A DNA stretch of 32,000 nucleotides from Uruburuella suis (GCF_004341385.1 NZ_SLXE01000003.1:68149-100148), one strand, 5' to 3'. Numbered from the stretch's first letter, positions 14,101 to 23,802 are shown. Made by a program: numbers and translations. Notes: a model not told the origin generated them from the sequence alone.

Positions 14101-14136
14101 TATTTTTAAATTTGCACATATTTTTAAATTTGCACA
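14101..14136. repeat. perfect tandem duplication 2 x 18 bp (TATTTTTAAATTTGCACA)
   Basis: Read directly. It lies in the divergent intergenic region between the PIN-PhoH and DUF3079-like genes. Confidence 0.95.
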
Positions 14137-14223
14137 AAAGCAGCCGCAGCATGGAAAAGTGATATTGTTTACAAGTGAATATAAGCGTAAAGTGCAGCAG
14201 AAATCAATTGCAAAGCCGCATTT

Positions 14224-14532
14224 ATGGCCAAAAAATTTCCTATTTTCCCCAAAAACCCCGATCGCATCTGCTGGGGCTGCGACAAATATTGTGCCGCCAC
14301 CGATTTGCAATGCGGCAACGGCTCGGAGCGCATCCAGCATCCGTTCGAACTCGACGGCCCCGATTGGTATCGGCAGGGCGACTGGCGCAATCTTCTGAGC
14401 CAAGCGCAGCAAATCGAGCTGGGCATCCTGCCTGCGCCCCAAGCGGCTGCCAAACCGGCCAAACCGCATATCCGGCTGCCTGTGCGCAAACGCACATCAT
14501 ATCGTTTTGTCGATTCATCTGACGCCAATTGA
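14224..14532 (+). CDS. small Cys-rich protein (DUF3079-like)
   Basis: MAKKFPIFPKNPDRICWGCDKYCAATDLQCGNGSERIQHP. The CxxC-x3-C-x7-C pattern and N-terminus match my recollection of DUF3079 proteins. The competing ORFs here look like shadows. Confidence 0.55.
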   Translation: MAKKFPIFPKNPDRICWGCDKYCAATDLQCGNGSERIQHPFELDGPDWYRQGDWRNLLSQAQQIELGILPAPQAAAKPAKPHIRLPVRKRTSYRFVDSSDAN

Positions 14533-14695
14533 AAAAATAAGCTAACGAGAAAACAAGCCGCAAACCAATGGCTGGGCTGGCGACCGCCAAAGCCGCAACC
14601 CAACATTTGCTTATCAACAGATTGATTTTATAAAGCCATCCGGGTTTTATGGGGTGACGCCTGCGGCTAAGCCAATCTACGCCGATAGCGTTGTA

Positions 14696-14797
14696 ATACC
14701 AATCCAAAAAATAGCCTAACTTCGTTGTCTCGCCTTGCCGTACTATCTGTACTGTCGCAGGCTTCCGCCTTGTTAGCTTACTTTTTTGAATGGGTAT
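14696..14797. mobile_element. 102-bp MITE with a Correia-like core and ATACC(C/A)AT(T/C)CAAAAAA termini
   Basis: The core is TTGTCTCGCCTTGCCGTACTATCTGTACTGTCGCAGGCTTCCGCCTTG. The right TIR is TTTTTTGAATGGGTAT and the left TIR is degenerate. Confidence 0.7.
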
Positions 14798-14839
14798 AAA
14801 TCATCTTTATTTTGTCAGGTTGTTTTTTAAAATAGGCAT

Positions 14840-14870
14840 GAGGCCGTCTGAATATTTTTCAGACGGCCTC
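14840..14870. terminator. inverted AG-DUS pair hairpin
   Basis: GAGGCCGTCTGAA / TTCAGACGGCCTC. Confidence 0.55.
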
Positions 14871-14977
14871 TTTATCTTTTCGCAATCATTTCACCGCTTT
14901 TCACAAATAAAAACAATTTGTATTTCTAATTAAATAGGAATAGATTGGCAATCGTTCCTATACTAGGCATCTCAACC

Positions 14978-15808
14978 ATGTTTATCGCTTTTTTAATCAT
15001 GCTGCGCGAAGGCATTGAAGCCGCGCTGATTGTGGGCATTGTGGCCGGCTTTTTAAAGCAGTCCGGCCACGGCCATTTGATGCCCAAAGTGTGGCTGGGT
15101 GTGGCGCTGGCGGTGCTCTTGTGTTTGGCGGTGGGCTATGGCATCCATCAAGAAACCGGCGAAATCCCGCAAAAGCAGCAAGAGCTGGTGGTGGGCATTA
15201 TCGGCTTGGTGGCGGTGGCCATGATTACCTATATGATTTTGTGGATGAAAAAAGCCGCCCGCTCGATGAAGCAGCATCTGCAGCAATCGGTGCAGGCGGC
15301 GTTAAACCGCGGCAACGGCCAGGGCTGGGCGCTGGTGGGGATGGCGTTTTTGGCGGTGGCACGGGAAGGGCTGGAGAGCGTATTTTTCTTAATTGCGGTG
15401 TTTGAGCAAAGCCCTTCTTGGCGCATGCCGGTGGGCGCGCTGCTGGGCTTGGCCGCAGCGGCGGTGATGGGCACGCTGATTTATCAGGGTGGCATGCGGC
15501 TGAATTTGGCCAAATTTTTCCGCTACACCGGCGTGTTTTTAATTGTGGTGGCTGCCGGTTTGCTGGCCGGCTCGCTGCGCGCGCTGCACGAAGCGGGCGT
15601 GTGGAACCATTTGCAGGGCATTGCCTTTCATTCGGCGCATATCCTGCATGAAGACAGCCCGCTGGGCGTGCTTTTGGGCGGCTTTTTCGGCTATACCGAC
15701 CACCCCACTTGGGGCGAAATCGGCGTGTGGCTGCTGTATTTGGTGCCGGTGTTGTATTGGTTTTTGCGCGGCACCAAGCCTTTAAATCCAAGCCCGAAAA
15801 CAAGCTAA
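14978..15808 (+). CDS. efeU: FTR1-family ferrous iron permease
   Basis: ATG at 14978 (MFIAFLIMLREGIEAALIV) within track ORF 14945..15808. Two REGxE motifs (REGIEAA, REGLESV). Multi-TM. Confidence 0.9.
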   Translation: MFIAFLIMLREGIEAALIVGIVAGFLKQSGHGHLMPKVWLGVALAVLLCLAVGYGIHQETGEIPQKQQELVVGIIGLVAVAMITYMILWMKKAARSMKQHLQQSVQAALNRGNGQGWALVGMAFLAVAREGLESVFFLIAVFEQSPSWRMPVGALLGLAAAAVMGTLIYQGGMRLNLAKFFRYTGVFLIVVAAGLLAGSLRALHEAGVWNHLQGIAFHSAHILHEDSPLGVLLGGFFGYTDHPTWGEIGVWLLYLVPVLYWFLRGTKPLNPSPKTS

Positions 15809-15897
15809 ATCATTGTCTTGCCATATTATTTTTTTGAATTGATCCTTACCTATCAAGGCCGTCTGAACATTATTTTTAACCACCATTGAGATTCAAC

Positions 15898-17058
15898 ATG
15901 AAAACATTTCGCATCACTGCCTTATCCGCCTTGCTTGCCTTAGGCCTCAGCGCCTGCCAACCGCCCGCAGCCGACACACCGGCCACCGCATCCGGCGCAT
16001 CTGCGGCCAATACCGACGGCAGCGTGAGCATTGCCGTGAACGATGCCGCCTGTGAGCCGATGGCGCTCACCGTGCCCAGCGGCCAAACCGTGTTCAATAT
16101 TCAAAACAACAGCGGGCGCAAACTTGAATGGGAAATTTTAAAAGGCGTGATGGTGGTAGATGAGCGTGAAAACATCGCCCCCGGCCTGGCCGATAAAATG
16201 ACGGTAACGCTGTTGCCCGGCGAATACGAAATGACCTGCGGCCTGCTCACCAACCCGCGCGGCAAGCTCACCGTCACCGACAGCGGCTTTAAAGCCACCG
16301 CATCGCAAGCCGATATGGCCAAGCTGGAACAGCCCTTGGCCGAATACAAAGCCTATGTGCAGGCCGAAGCCAAAGATTTAGTGGCCAAAACCACCGAATT
16401 CACCGCCGCCGTGAAAGCTGGCAATATCGCCAAAGCCAAATCGCTGTTTGCCGCCACCCGCTATCACTATGAGCGCATCGAGCCGATTGCCGAGCTGTTT
16501 AACGAGCTCGATCCGGCCATTGATGCGCGCGAAGACGATTTCAAACAAGGCCCCAAAGACCCGGCCTTCACCGGCTTTCACCGCATCGAATACGCGCTGT
16601 GGGTGGAAAACAGCACCGCCGGCGTAAACGAGATTGCCGACAAATTGCTGGCCGATGTGAAAACCCTGCAACAAGAAATCGACGTGCTGTCGTTCCCGCC
16701 CAATAAAGTGGTGGGCGGCGCGGCGGTGCTGGTGGAAGAAGTGGCCGGCAGCAAAATCAGCGGCGAAGAAGACCGCTACAGCCACACCGATTTGAGCGAC
16801 TTCCAAGCCAATATCGAAGGCGCACAAAAAATTGTCGATTTGTTCCGCCCGCTGATTGCCGAAAAAAATCAGGCGCTGCTCGACAAAACCGATGCCAATT
16901 TCAAAACCGTCAACAATATTCTAGCCAAATACCAAACCGCCAACGGCTTTGAAACCTACGACAAACTCACCGAAGCCGACCGCAAAGCACTGCAAGCGCC
17001 GATTAACGCGCTGGCCGAAGATTTGGCGCAACTGCGCGGCACACTGGGTTTGAATTAA
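15898..17058 (+). CDS. efeO: iron uptake system component EfeO (cupredoxin plus M75-like domains), lipoprotein
   Basis: ATG at 15898 with lipobox LGLSAC. It follows efeU, and its size and domain order fit EfeO. Confidence 0.85.
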   Translation: MKTFRITALSALLALGLSACQPPAADTPATASGASAANTDGSVSIAVNDAACEPMALTVPSGQTVFNIQNNSGRKLEWEILKGVMVVDERENIAPGLADKMTVTLLPGEYEMTCGLLTNPRGKLTVTDSGFKATASQADMAKLEQPLAEYKAYVQAEAKDLVAKTTEFTAAVKAGNIAKAKSLFAATRYHYERIEPIAELFNELDPAIDAREDDFKQGPKDPAFTGFHRIEYALWVENSTAGVNEIADKLLADVKTLQQEIDVLSFPPNKVVGGAAVLVEEVAGSKISGEEDRYSHTDLSDFQANIEGAQKIVDLFRPLIAEKNQALLDKTDANFKTVNNILAKYQTANGFETYDKLTEADRKALQAPINALAEDLAQLRGTLGLN

Positions 17059-17080
17059 CACTTTTGCCGTACAACAGGCT

Positions 17081-17116
17081 TTCAGACGGCCTTTTAAACA
17101 ATAAAGGCCGTCTGAA
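17081..17116. terminator. inverted AG-DUS pair hairpin after efeO
   Basis: TTCAGACGGCCTTT / AAAGGCCGTCTGAA. Confidence 0.6.
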
Positions 17117-17190
17117 CAAGTTTTGTCATGTTAAGAAAGCTCTGAAAAACTCTGACGAGTGGATTTTGCCGGCATTTTTATACTAAGCCC

Positions 17191-17290
17191 GTAGGTCGGA
17201 TTCTCGAATCCGACATTTGGCCGCCAAGGCCAAAACAAACGCGGCAAGCTTGTTTTGCAAACAAATGTCGGATGCAAGAATCCGACCTGC
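17191..17290. repeat. 100-bp palindromic GTAGGTCGGATTCTCGAATCCGAC repeat element
   Basis: 29-nt arms at 17191-17219 and 17262-17290. Same family as 10580-10691. Confidence 0.8.
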
Positions 17291-17302
17291 CCATTACAAA
17301 AC

Positions 17303-17337
17303 TTTCAGACGGCCTAAGCAGCTCAGGCCGTCTGAAA
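17303..17337. repeat. inverted AG-DUS pair hairpin upstream of efeB
   Basis: TTTCAGACGGCCT / AGGCCGTCTGAAA. Confidence 0.6.
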
Positions 17338-17371
17338 ACCTGATTCATCAACCCCAACCCAACATCCAACC

Positions 17372-18649
17372 ATGACCCAATCCCACACCCCCGCCCAACC
17401 CGCCAAACGCACCCTGCTCAAAGGCGCGCTCGCCGCCGGTGCCGCCGGCCTTGCCGCTGCCGCAGGCGGCTTTGCCTATGGCGAGAAAAAAGGCCGCGCC
17501 GATGAAAAAACCGATGCCGCCCAACACAGCCGCGAAAGTTACCCCTGCTACGGCACCCACCAGCAAGGCATCACCACCCCGCACCAGCCGTTTGCCATCA
17601 TGGCCGCGTTTGACGTGTCCGCACAAACGCCGAGCCAACTTGAAAACCTATTGCGCACCCTCACCGCCCGCATCGAATTCCTTACCCGTGGCGGCGAATT
17701 GCCCGACGGCGACGCCAAGCTGCCGCCCGCCGGCAGCGGCCTCTTGGGCAAAACCTTCCGCCCCGACGGCCTCACCATCACCGTATCCGTGGGCGCCAGC
17801 CTGTTTGATGCGCGTTTCGGGCTGGCCGATAAAAAGCCCAAGCACCTGATTGAAATGGCGCGTTTTCCCAACGACAAACTGGCCGCCGAATGGTGCGACG
17901 GCGATTTCAGCCTCCAAATCTGCGCTCTTTCCCCCGAAACCTGCCAAAACGCCCTGCGCGACTTGGTGAAAAACACCGCCCAATACGCCATTATCCGCTG
18001 GAGCATCGACGGCTTTTTACCCAAAACCGAGCCCGGCGCCGCCGCGCGCAACCTGTTCGGCTTTCGCGACGGCAGCGGCAACCCCGATGTGAGCAACCCC
18101 CAAACCGCCGATGAAGTATTGTGGACCGGCATCGCCGCCAACAGCCTCGATGAGCCCGCTTGGGCGAAAAACGGCAGCTATCAAGCCGTGCGCCTGATTC
18201 GTCATTTTGTCGAATTTTGGGACCGTACTCCCTTGCAAGAGCAAGAAACCATTTTCGGGCGCGAAAAATACAGCGGCGCCCTACTGGGCATGAAAAACGA
18301 ACACGACAGCCCCAACTACGCCGCCGACCCGCAAGGCAAAACCATTCCCCACGACAGCCATATGCGCCTAGCCAACCCGCGCAGCCCCGAATTTATGCAG
18401 AAACACCAATTGTTCAGACGACCTTTCGACTATTCGCGCGGCCTGGCCAAATCCGGCCAATTGGATGTGGGGCTTGTGTTTATCTGCTACCAAGCCAATC
18501 TGGCCGACGGCTTTATCTTTGTGCAAAACCTGCTCAACGGCGAGCCGCTGGAAGAATACATCAGCCCCTTCGGCGGCGGCTATTTCTTCACCCTGCCCGG
18601 CGTGCAGGCGGGCGAATATTTCGGGCAAAGCCTAATGGCGTCTGCATAG
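17372..18649 (+). CDS. efeB: Dyp-type peroxidase / deferrochelatase EfeB
   Basis: Tat-like leader (AKRTLLKGALAAGAAGLAAAAGG), FGFRDGSGNP, and a Dyp-type C-terminal region. It is third in the efeUOB order. Confidence 0.9.
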   Translation: MTQSHTPAQPAKRTLLKGALAAGAAGLAAAAGGFAYGEKKGRADEKTDAAQHSRESYPCYGTHQQGITTPHQPFAIMAAFDVSAQTPSQLENLLRTLTARIEFLTRGGELPDGDAKLPPAGSGLLGKTFRPDGLTITVSVGASLFDARFGLADKKPKHLIEMARFPNDKLAAEWCDGDFSLQICALSPETCQNALRDLVKNTAQYAIIRWSIDGFLPKTEPGAAARNLFGFRDGSGNPDVSNPQTADEVLWTGIAANSLDEPAWAKNGSYQAVRLIRHFVEFWDRTPLQEQETIFGREKYSGALLGMKNEHDSPNYAADPQGKTIPHDSHMRLANPRSPEFMQKHQLFRRPFDYSRGLAKSGQLDVGLVFICYQANLADGFIFVQNLLNGEPLEEYISPFGGGYFFTLPGVQAGEYFGQSLMASA

Positions 18650-18695
18650 CAATTGCTTGGGCGGCTTTTAGCAAAAGGCCGTCTGAAACTTTTTC

Positions 18696-18797
18696 ATACC
18701 CATCCAAAAAAATAACCTTACTGCGTTGCCTCGCCTTGCCGTACTGTCTGTACTGTCGCAGGCTTCCGCCTTGCAAGCTTATTTTTTGAATGGATAT
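18696..18797. mobile_element. 102-bp Correia-core MITE (same family as 14696-14797)
   Basis: Left end ATACCCATCCAAAAAA, core CGTTGCCTCGCCTTGCCGTACTGTCTGTACTGTCGCAGGCTTCCGCCTTG, right end TTTTTTGAATGGATAT. Confidence 0.75.
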
Positions 18798-18968
18798 CAC
18801 CGCTATTTAATACGGTAAATAGCTACCATAAAGCGCCAATTGGCGCTATTTTCCTCTATTTATCATGATTTTTCATTTTGCCCTTTGGCAGCCTGATTTC
18901 TTTTCCATCGCTTTCATGTATACTTTTTTGCATTCCCATAAATTCAATTAATCAGGAAACACACACCT

Positions 18969-20051
18969 ATGGCAAAGAAAAAAACCTTCCCGCTGCCCTT
19001 GTGGTCGCTTATTCTGCCGCTTTTGGCTTGGGGGCTTTATTTTATCGGCATATCGGGCAGCGGCTGGCTCGAGGCGGTGGCGGCAATATTGCTGGCCGGC
19101 AGCGTACTCTCGGCGGTGTATCACGCCGAAGTGGTGGCACACAAAGTGGGCGAGCCTTTCGGCACGATTATTTTGGCGGTGGCCATCACTATTATCGAAG
19201 TGGCGCTGATTATTTCGCTGATGGTGGCCGGCGGCGACAATGCCGCCTATCTCGCCCGCGACACCATTTTTGCGGCGATTATGCTGATTCTCAACGGCAT
19301 TTTGGGCTTGTGCCTGCTGATTGGCGGCTGGAAATACCGCGAGCAGTTTTTCGGCAAAAAATCGGCCAACACCGCGCTGATTGTGTTGGTGTCGATTTTG
19401 GTACTCACGCTGGTGCTGCCCAATTTCACCACCAGCACGCCCGGCCCCACCTATAACGATGCCCAGCTGATTTTTGTGGCGATTGCTTCGCTGGTGCTCT
19501 ACAGCGCGTTTATCATGGTGCAAACCGTGCGCCACCGCGATTATTTTTTGGCCGATGATGATGAAGACGGCCACCATCATGCCGCGCCGCCCTCGCTGAA
19601 AGTGACCTTAACCAGCCTGGGCTTTTTGCTGATTTGCTTGGCGATTGTGGTGTTGCTGGCCAAATCGCTCTCGCCGGCGGTGGAAGGCATGGTGGCCTCT
19701 ATCGGCGCACCGGCTTCGCTAGTGGGCGTGATTATCGCCGCGGTGGTGCTGCTGCCGGAGGGGCTGGCCGCTGTGCGCGCCGCCAGCCGCAATCATCTGC
19801 AAACCAGCCTCAATCTGTCGCTCGGCTCGGCGCTGGCCTGTATCGGCTTGAGCGTGCCCACCGTGGTGGCCGTGTGCCTGATTTACGACATCAACCTGGT
19901 GCTGGGGCTGGACATCAAATCGATGGTGTTGCTGGGGCTTTCCGTGTTTATCGTGATGCTCTCGCTCAATCAGGGGCGCACCAATATTCTTTACGGCGTG
20001 GTGTTGCTGGTGAACATGGCCGCTTATATCTTCAATATTATCGTGCCCTGA
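18969..20051 (+). CDS. chaA: calcium/proton antiporter (CaCA family, ChaA-like)
   Basis: 360 aa and about 11 TM. A central acidic/His loop (ADDDEDGHHH) separates two halves. AGGAAA SD. Confidence 0.65.
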   Translation: MAKKKTFPLPLWSLILPLLAWGLYFIGISGSGWLEAVAAILLAGSVLSAVYHAEVVAHKVGEPFGTIILAVAITIIEVALIISLMVAGGDNAAYLARDTIFAAIMLILNGILGLCLLIGGWKYREQFFGKKSANTALIVLVSILVLTLVLPNFTTSTPGPTYNDAQLIFVAIASLVLYSAFIMVQTVRHRDYFLADDDEDGHHHAAPPSLKVTLTSLGFLLICLAIVVLLAKSLSPAVEGMVASIGAPASLVGVIIAAVVLLPEGLAAVRAASRNHLQTSLNLSLGSALACIGLSVPTVVAVCLIYDINLVLGLDIKSMVLLGLSVFIVMLSLNQGRTNILYGVVLLVNMAAYIFNIIVP

Positions 20052-20065
20052 AGATTCATCCGTTC

Positions 20066-20099
20066 AAAGGCCGTCTGAAAAATTTTCAGACGGCCTTTT
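20066..20099. terminator. inverted AG-DUS pair hairpin after the antiporter gene
   Basis: AAAGGCCGTCTGAAAA / TTTTCAGACGGCCTTT, then T. Confidence 0.7.
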
Positions 20100-20121
20100 G
20101 CTGTGATGCTTATGTTCAATT

Positions 20122-20225
20122 ATACCCATTCGAAAAATAAGATAACAAGGCGGCGAGCCGAAGACAGTACATCTAGTACGGCAAGGCGAGACAACGCAGT
20201 TAGGTTATTTTTTTCGAATGGGTAT
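20122..20225. mobile_element. 104-bp Correia-core MITE, inverted relative to the copies at 14696 and 18696
   Basis: Ends ATACCCATTCGAAAAA and TTTTTCGAATGGGTAT. The core is AAGACAGTACATCTAGTACGGCAAGGCGAGACAACGC. Confidence 0.75.
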
Positions 20226-20262
20226 TAGAAATCCCTGTTTCAAGTGTTTGGTATAATCAACC

Positions 20263-21069
20263 ATGTTTAATGCCAACTCATTCAAAATCTTTTGCTGGCT
20301 GCCGCTTTTGGCCGCCTGCCAAAGTCCGGCCGCCGCGCTGCCGCATAGCGAAACGAGCGAAACCGTTGCGCTCGACGCCAAGCATTATGTGGCGGTGCAG
20401 CGCTATTGCGCAGGGCCGCCGATAGCCGGCGTGTTGTTTTACCAACCGCACGAAAACGAAGCCACCGCCCGCCGCGCCACGCTTGATGTTTTGGCGGCGC
20501 GGGGGCAAGGCTGTTTATTGGTGTTGAACCACGACGGCCGCCGCCAAATCCATTTTGAAGCGGCAGACCGGCCCGCCCGCTTCGACCCCAACCGCATCTA
20601 CACCGCCGCCGGCCGCACCGCCACTTTGGCGCAGGGCGGCAACCGCAGCGAAGCGGCGCAAGAAACCATCGCCGGTTTTGCCGATTATCTGCTCCAACAT
20701 CACTTGCGCCGCGCCGCCTTTATCGTGGCCGTGCACAACAACCGCAGCGGCGGCACCGATATCGGCAGCTACACCCGCGGCGCGCTGGCTGAAGACACGG
20801 CCGCCGTGTTTATCAACCCCGCGCACAGCCCCGATGATTATTTCTACACCACCGATGAAGCCGCGTTTGTCTATTTCAAATCGCGCGGCTTCAACGCCAT
20901 GCTGCAAAACAACCATCGCGTGCGCGACGACGGCTCGCTCTCGGTTTATGCCGCCCGCCACGGCATCGGCTACATCAACGTTGAAGCCCGCCACGGCCAT
21001 GCCGCCGAACAACGCGAAATGTTACAGGCGCTGCTGGATTATCTCGATGGCGGCACATGGCGCCGCTAA
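20263..21069 (+). CDS. putative lipoprotein, possible zinc hydrolase
   Basis: Lipobox LLAAC. The motifs PHENE (HxxE), FDPNR and VAVHNN resemble a metallo-carboxypeptidase/amidase triad. The function is uncertain. Confidence 0.6.
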   Translation: MFNANSFKIFCWLPLLAACQSPAAALPHSETSETVALDAKHYVAVQRYCAGPPIAGVLFYQPHENEATARRATLDVLAARGQGCLLVLNHDGRRQIHFEAADRPARFDPNRIYTAAGRTATLAQGGNRSEAAQETIAGFADYLLQHHLRRAAFIVAVHNNRSGGTDIGSYTRGALAEDTAAVFINPAHSPDDYFYTTDEAAFVYFKSRGFNAMLQNNHRVRDDGSLSVYAARHGIGYINVEARHGHAAEQREMLQALLDYLDGGTWRR

Positions 21070-21085
21070 AAAGCGCAGCCTTCCT

Positions 21086-21392
21086 GTAGAGTGTGTGCCA
21101 TAGGCACGCACGCGTTTTTCATTCAACACAAGGCCGTCTGAAACATTAATGAATGTTTCAGACGGCCTCGGTTTTTCTCGTTAGCAAGTCAACACAAACC
21201 GCTTATAGATACGGCAACTAATTATTGAATATTCACATCCTCTTGCCCGCAGCAGAAACCTGTTCCCTCTCCCGTGGGAGAGGGCTAGGGAGAGGGCAAC
21301 AAGCCAAAGGCTTGTTTGCCGGCATCTGAAAATGTTCAATATTTAATTGCCGAATCAATAAAACGCGTGCGTGCCTATGGCACACACCCTAC
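21086..21392. repeat. composite nested-palindrome repeat bounded by 32-bp inverted repeats
   Basis: The arms GTAGAGTGTGTGCCATAGGCACGCACGCGTTT (21086-21117) and 21361-21392 differ by 1 mismatch. Inside are a DUS hairpin, an inner inverted repeat (CGGCAA(C/T)TAA..ATTGAA) and CCCTCTCCCGTGGGAGAGGG. Confidence 0.8.
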
Positions 21393-21417
21393 GGGCGGCA
21401 GTTTTCGGTTTCTAAAC

Positions 21418-21450
21418 AAAGGCCGTCTGAATAGTTTTCAGACGGCCTTT
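21418..21450. terminator. inverted AG-DUS pair hairpin downstream of the yjdM-like gene
   Basis: AAAGGCCGTCTGAA / TTCAGACGGCCTTT, followed by GGTTTTTT. Confidence 0.7.
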
Positions 21451-21464
21451 GGTTTTTTATATCA

Positions 21465-21791
21465 TCAGGCTTTTTTCACAAATTCCGATTTCAAATTCAT
21501 GGCGCTGCCTTCGATTTTGCAGGCAATATCGTGATCTCCCTCCTGCAGGCGGATACCTTTCACTTTAGTGCCCTGCTTGATCACTTGCGAAGAGCCTTTC
21601 ACTTTCAAATCTTTAACCAACACCACGGTGTCGCCATCGGCCAGCGGCGTGCCGTTGGCATCTTTGATCACCAAAGCGGCTTCGGTGGCTTCGCCCTCTT
21701 GCCATTCATACGCACATTCGGGGCAAACCAGCTGAACGCCGTCGTGATAAGTGAATTCGGAACCGCATTGCGGGCAGGCGGGCAGGCTCAT
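21465..21791 (-). CDS. yjdM: zinc-ribbon PhnA/YjdM-family protein
   Basis: [30 protein letters not shown] followed by an SH3-like C-terminal domain. Confidence 0.85.
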   Translation of the reverse strand: MSLPACPQCGSEFTYHDGVQLVCPECAYEWQEGEATEAALVIKDANGTPLADGDTVVLVKDLKVKGSSQVIKQGTKVKGIRLQEGDHDIACKIEGSAMNLKSEFVKKA

Positions 21792-21850
21792 AATGTGCTT
21801 TCTGTGATGATTGATGCACCGATTATAGCAAATTCAAAAAAGAAGGCGCA

Positions 21851-21897
21851 AAAGGCCGTCTGAACAGCACCGGTTTGCTGACGTTCAGACGACCTTT
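21851..21897. terminator. DUS hairpin (second arm degenerate) downstream of the FKBP gene
   Basis: AAAGGCCGTCTGAAC ... GTTCAGACGACCTTT. Confidence 0.55.
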
Positions 21898-21914
21898 TCC
21901 CAATATGCGTTTAT

Positions 21915-22241
21915 TTATTCATACACTTTGAGCAATTCCACTTCAAACACCAAAGTGGCATTAGGCGGAATCACACCGCCGGCGCCGCGCGCGCCGTAGC
22001 CCATTTCAGGCGGAATGGTGAGCTTGCGTTTGCCGCCTTCTTTCATGCCGCTGAAACCTTCGTCCCAGCCCTGAATCACCTGGCCTGCGCCCAGCACGAT
22101 GGTGAGCGGCTGGCGGCGGTCGAGGCTGGAATCAAATTTGGTGCCGTCTTGCAGCCAGCCTGTGTAATGCACGGTAATTTCTTTGCCTTTTTCGGCTTCT
22201 TTGCCCTGGCCGGTGGTGATGTCTTCAATAATCAGGCTCAT
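21915..22241 (-). CDS. FKBP-type peptidyl-prolyl cis-trans isomerase
   Basis: 108 aa with [28 protein letters not shown] and LVFEVELL. Confidence 0.93.
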   Translation of the reverse strand: MSLIIEDITTGQGKEAEKGKEITVHYTGWLQDGTKFDSSLDRRQPLTIVLGAGQVIQGWDEGFSGMKEGGKRKLTIPPEMGYGARGAGGVIPPNATLVFEVELLKVYE

Positions 22242-22293
22242 GCTGTTTCCCTATGGTTGTGGTGTAAACCGGGGCAGGGTAACATATTTCATT

Positions 22294-22524
22294 TCAATTG
22301 CCCACGCATTGATGCAGCGGAAATTTGGCTTTGGCGGCGGCTTTGATGCCTTTTTTGCGCTCATGGCGCTGCCATGCTTTTTCGTGGAAATAAAACACCA
22401 CGGTGTTGGCCATCGGCTCGATCAGCGCCACGGCGCTGGAAATGCCGATGCTGCCGGTGAGCAGATAAGCGATGCTGAAGGCAACGCCGAAATGTAAAAT
22501 GGCAAAAGTGATGGTTTTCAACAT
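22294..22524 (-). CDS. DUF2061-like small membrane protein
   Basis: 76 aa: MLKTITFAILHFGVAFSIAYLLTGS...EPMANTVVFYFHEKAW. Confidence 0.6.
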   Translation of the reverse strand: MLKTITFAILHFGVAFSIAYLLTGSIGISSAVALIEPMANTVVFYFHEKAWQRHERKKGIKAAAKAKFPLHQCVGN

Positions 22525-22683
22525 GATGCTTGCTCCTGAATAAGCCTGCGCTGTGCAAGTTGTTGTTTAGTCTGTTTCATTAAAATAAATGATAATCAAT
22601 CGCAAATAAAAAGTACAGTTGATTCTGCCAATTTACATTTAGTAAAAAACTATCCTTTTTTATTATTCAATAGAAAGTAAAAT

Positions 22684-23637
22684 ATGACCGCCCTAAAAAT
22701 TGCCGTGCTTGAGCGCGAAACTTTGGTAAACCGCCCTTTTGCCTTTGATTTTGCACACAGCCTGCGCGAATTTAGCAGCATTGAATCGGCCGACACCGCC
22801 GCCTGCATTGCCGGCGCCGATGTGGTGATTACCAATAAAATCATGATTGATGCAGGCATGATTGCAGCCAATCCGCAGCTGAAGCTGATTGCGGTGTCGG
22901 CCACGGGGGTGAACAATGTCGATCTCGATGCAGCGCGTGCCGCCGGCGTGGCGGTGTGCAATATCCGCGCTTATGGCAATGAATCGGTGGCCGAGCATGC
23001 GTTTATGCTGATGATTGCGCTGATGCGCAATTTGCCGGCTTATCAGCGCGATGTGGCGGCCGGCTTGTGGCAGAATTCACCGGTGTTTTGCCATTTCGGC
23101 GCACCGATGCGCGATTTAAACGGCAAAACGCTGGTGATTTTCGGGCGCGGCGGCATCGGCAACACGCTCGCCGGCTATGCGCAGGCTTTCGGCATGCGGG
23201 TGGTGTTTGGCGAACACAAACATGCAGAAGAAGTGCGCGAGGGCTATATGGCTTTTTCCGAAGCCATTGAATGCGCCGATGTGGTTTCGCTGCATTGCCC
23301 GCTCACCGAAGCCACCGCCGATATGATAGGTGAGGCCGAATTGCGGCAAATGAAAGCCGGCGCGATATTGATCAACTGCGGCCGCGGCGGATTGGTAAAC
23401 GAGCAGGCGCTGGTGGCGGCGCTGAAATATGGGCAGCTTGGCGGCGCAGGCTTTGATGTGCTCACCGAAGAGCCGCCGCGCCACGGCAATCCTTTGCTCA
23501 GCGCGCGCCTGCCCAATCTGATTGTTACCCCGCATATGGCTTGGGGCAGCGAAGAAGCGCGCAACCGCCTGTTTGATATTTTGGTGGCCAATATCAATGG
23601 CTTTTTTGCCGGCAAGCCGCAGAATATTGTGGTTTAG
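22684..23637 (+). CDS. D-isomer-specific 2-hydroxyacid dehydrogenase (glycerate dehydrogenase-like)
   Basis: 317 aa with the NAD fold GRGGIGNTLA, NCGRGGLV and TPHMAWGS. Confidence 0.85.
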   Translation: MTALKIAVLERETLVNRPFAFDFAHSLREFSSIESADTAACIAGADVVITNKIMIDAGMIAANPQLKLIAVSATGVNNVDLDAARAAGVAVCNIRAYGNESVAEHAFMLMIALMRNLPAYQRDVAAGLWQNSPVFCHFGAPMRDLNGKTLVIFGRGGIGNTLAGYAQAFGMRVVFGEHKHAEEVREGYMAFSEAIECADVVSLHCPLTEATADMIGEAELRQMKAGAILINCGRGGLVNEQALVAALKYGQLGGAGFDVLTEEPPRHGNPLLSARLPNLIVTPHMAWGSEEARNRLFDILVANINGFFAGKPQNIVV

Positions 23638-23802
23638 GGCGTCCTGACAATTCGTTTATGAGGGGGATTTTGTTTCTGCAAATGCAGATGCAAGGCGAAA
23701 AGCGCAGCAAGGTTGGCCACCTTGCGAGCATTTTCAACGCGGCAGGCGCGTTTTTGAGTCAAAAGATTGCCACGAGATGAATTGTGAACAGACCCTAACG
23801 CC

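Noticed and set aside
14053-14707. Stack of overlapping ORFs on both strands (14053..14469-, 14169..14606-, 14240..14707-, 14175..14522+)
   Set aside because: They are mutually exclusive. Only 14224..14532+ has a recognisable conserved N-terminus and Cys pattern. The others are Arg/Ala/Cys-rich shadows, and some run into a MITE.
14874-14977. Fur box upstream of efeU
   Set aside because: The best segments, such as GCAATCATTTCAC, match only about 9-11 of 19 positions of the GATAATGATAATCATTATC consensus. That is too weak to call without a matrix scan.
17372-17470. The KR (not RR) Tat-like leader of EfeB as an anomaly
   Set aside because: Lys-Arg variants of the twin-arginine motif are known to be functional in some substrates. 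This is not distinctive enough to report as a finding.
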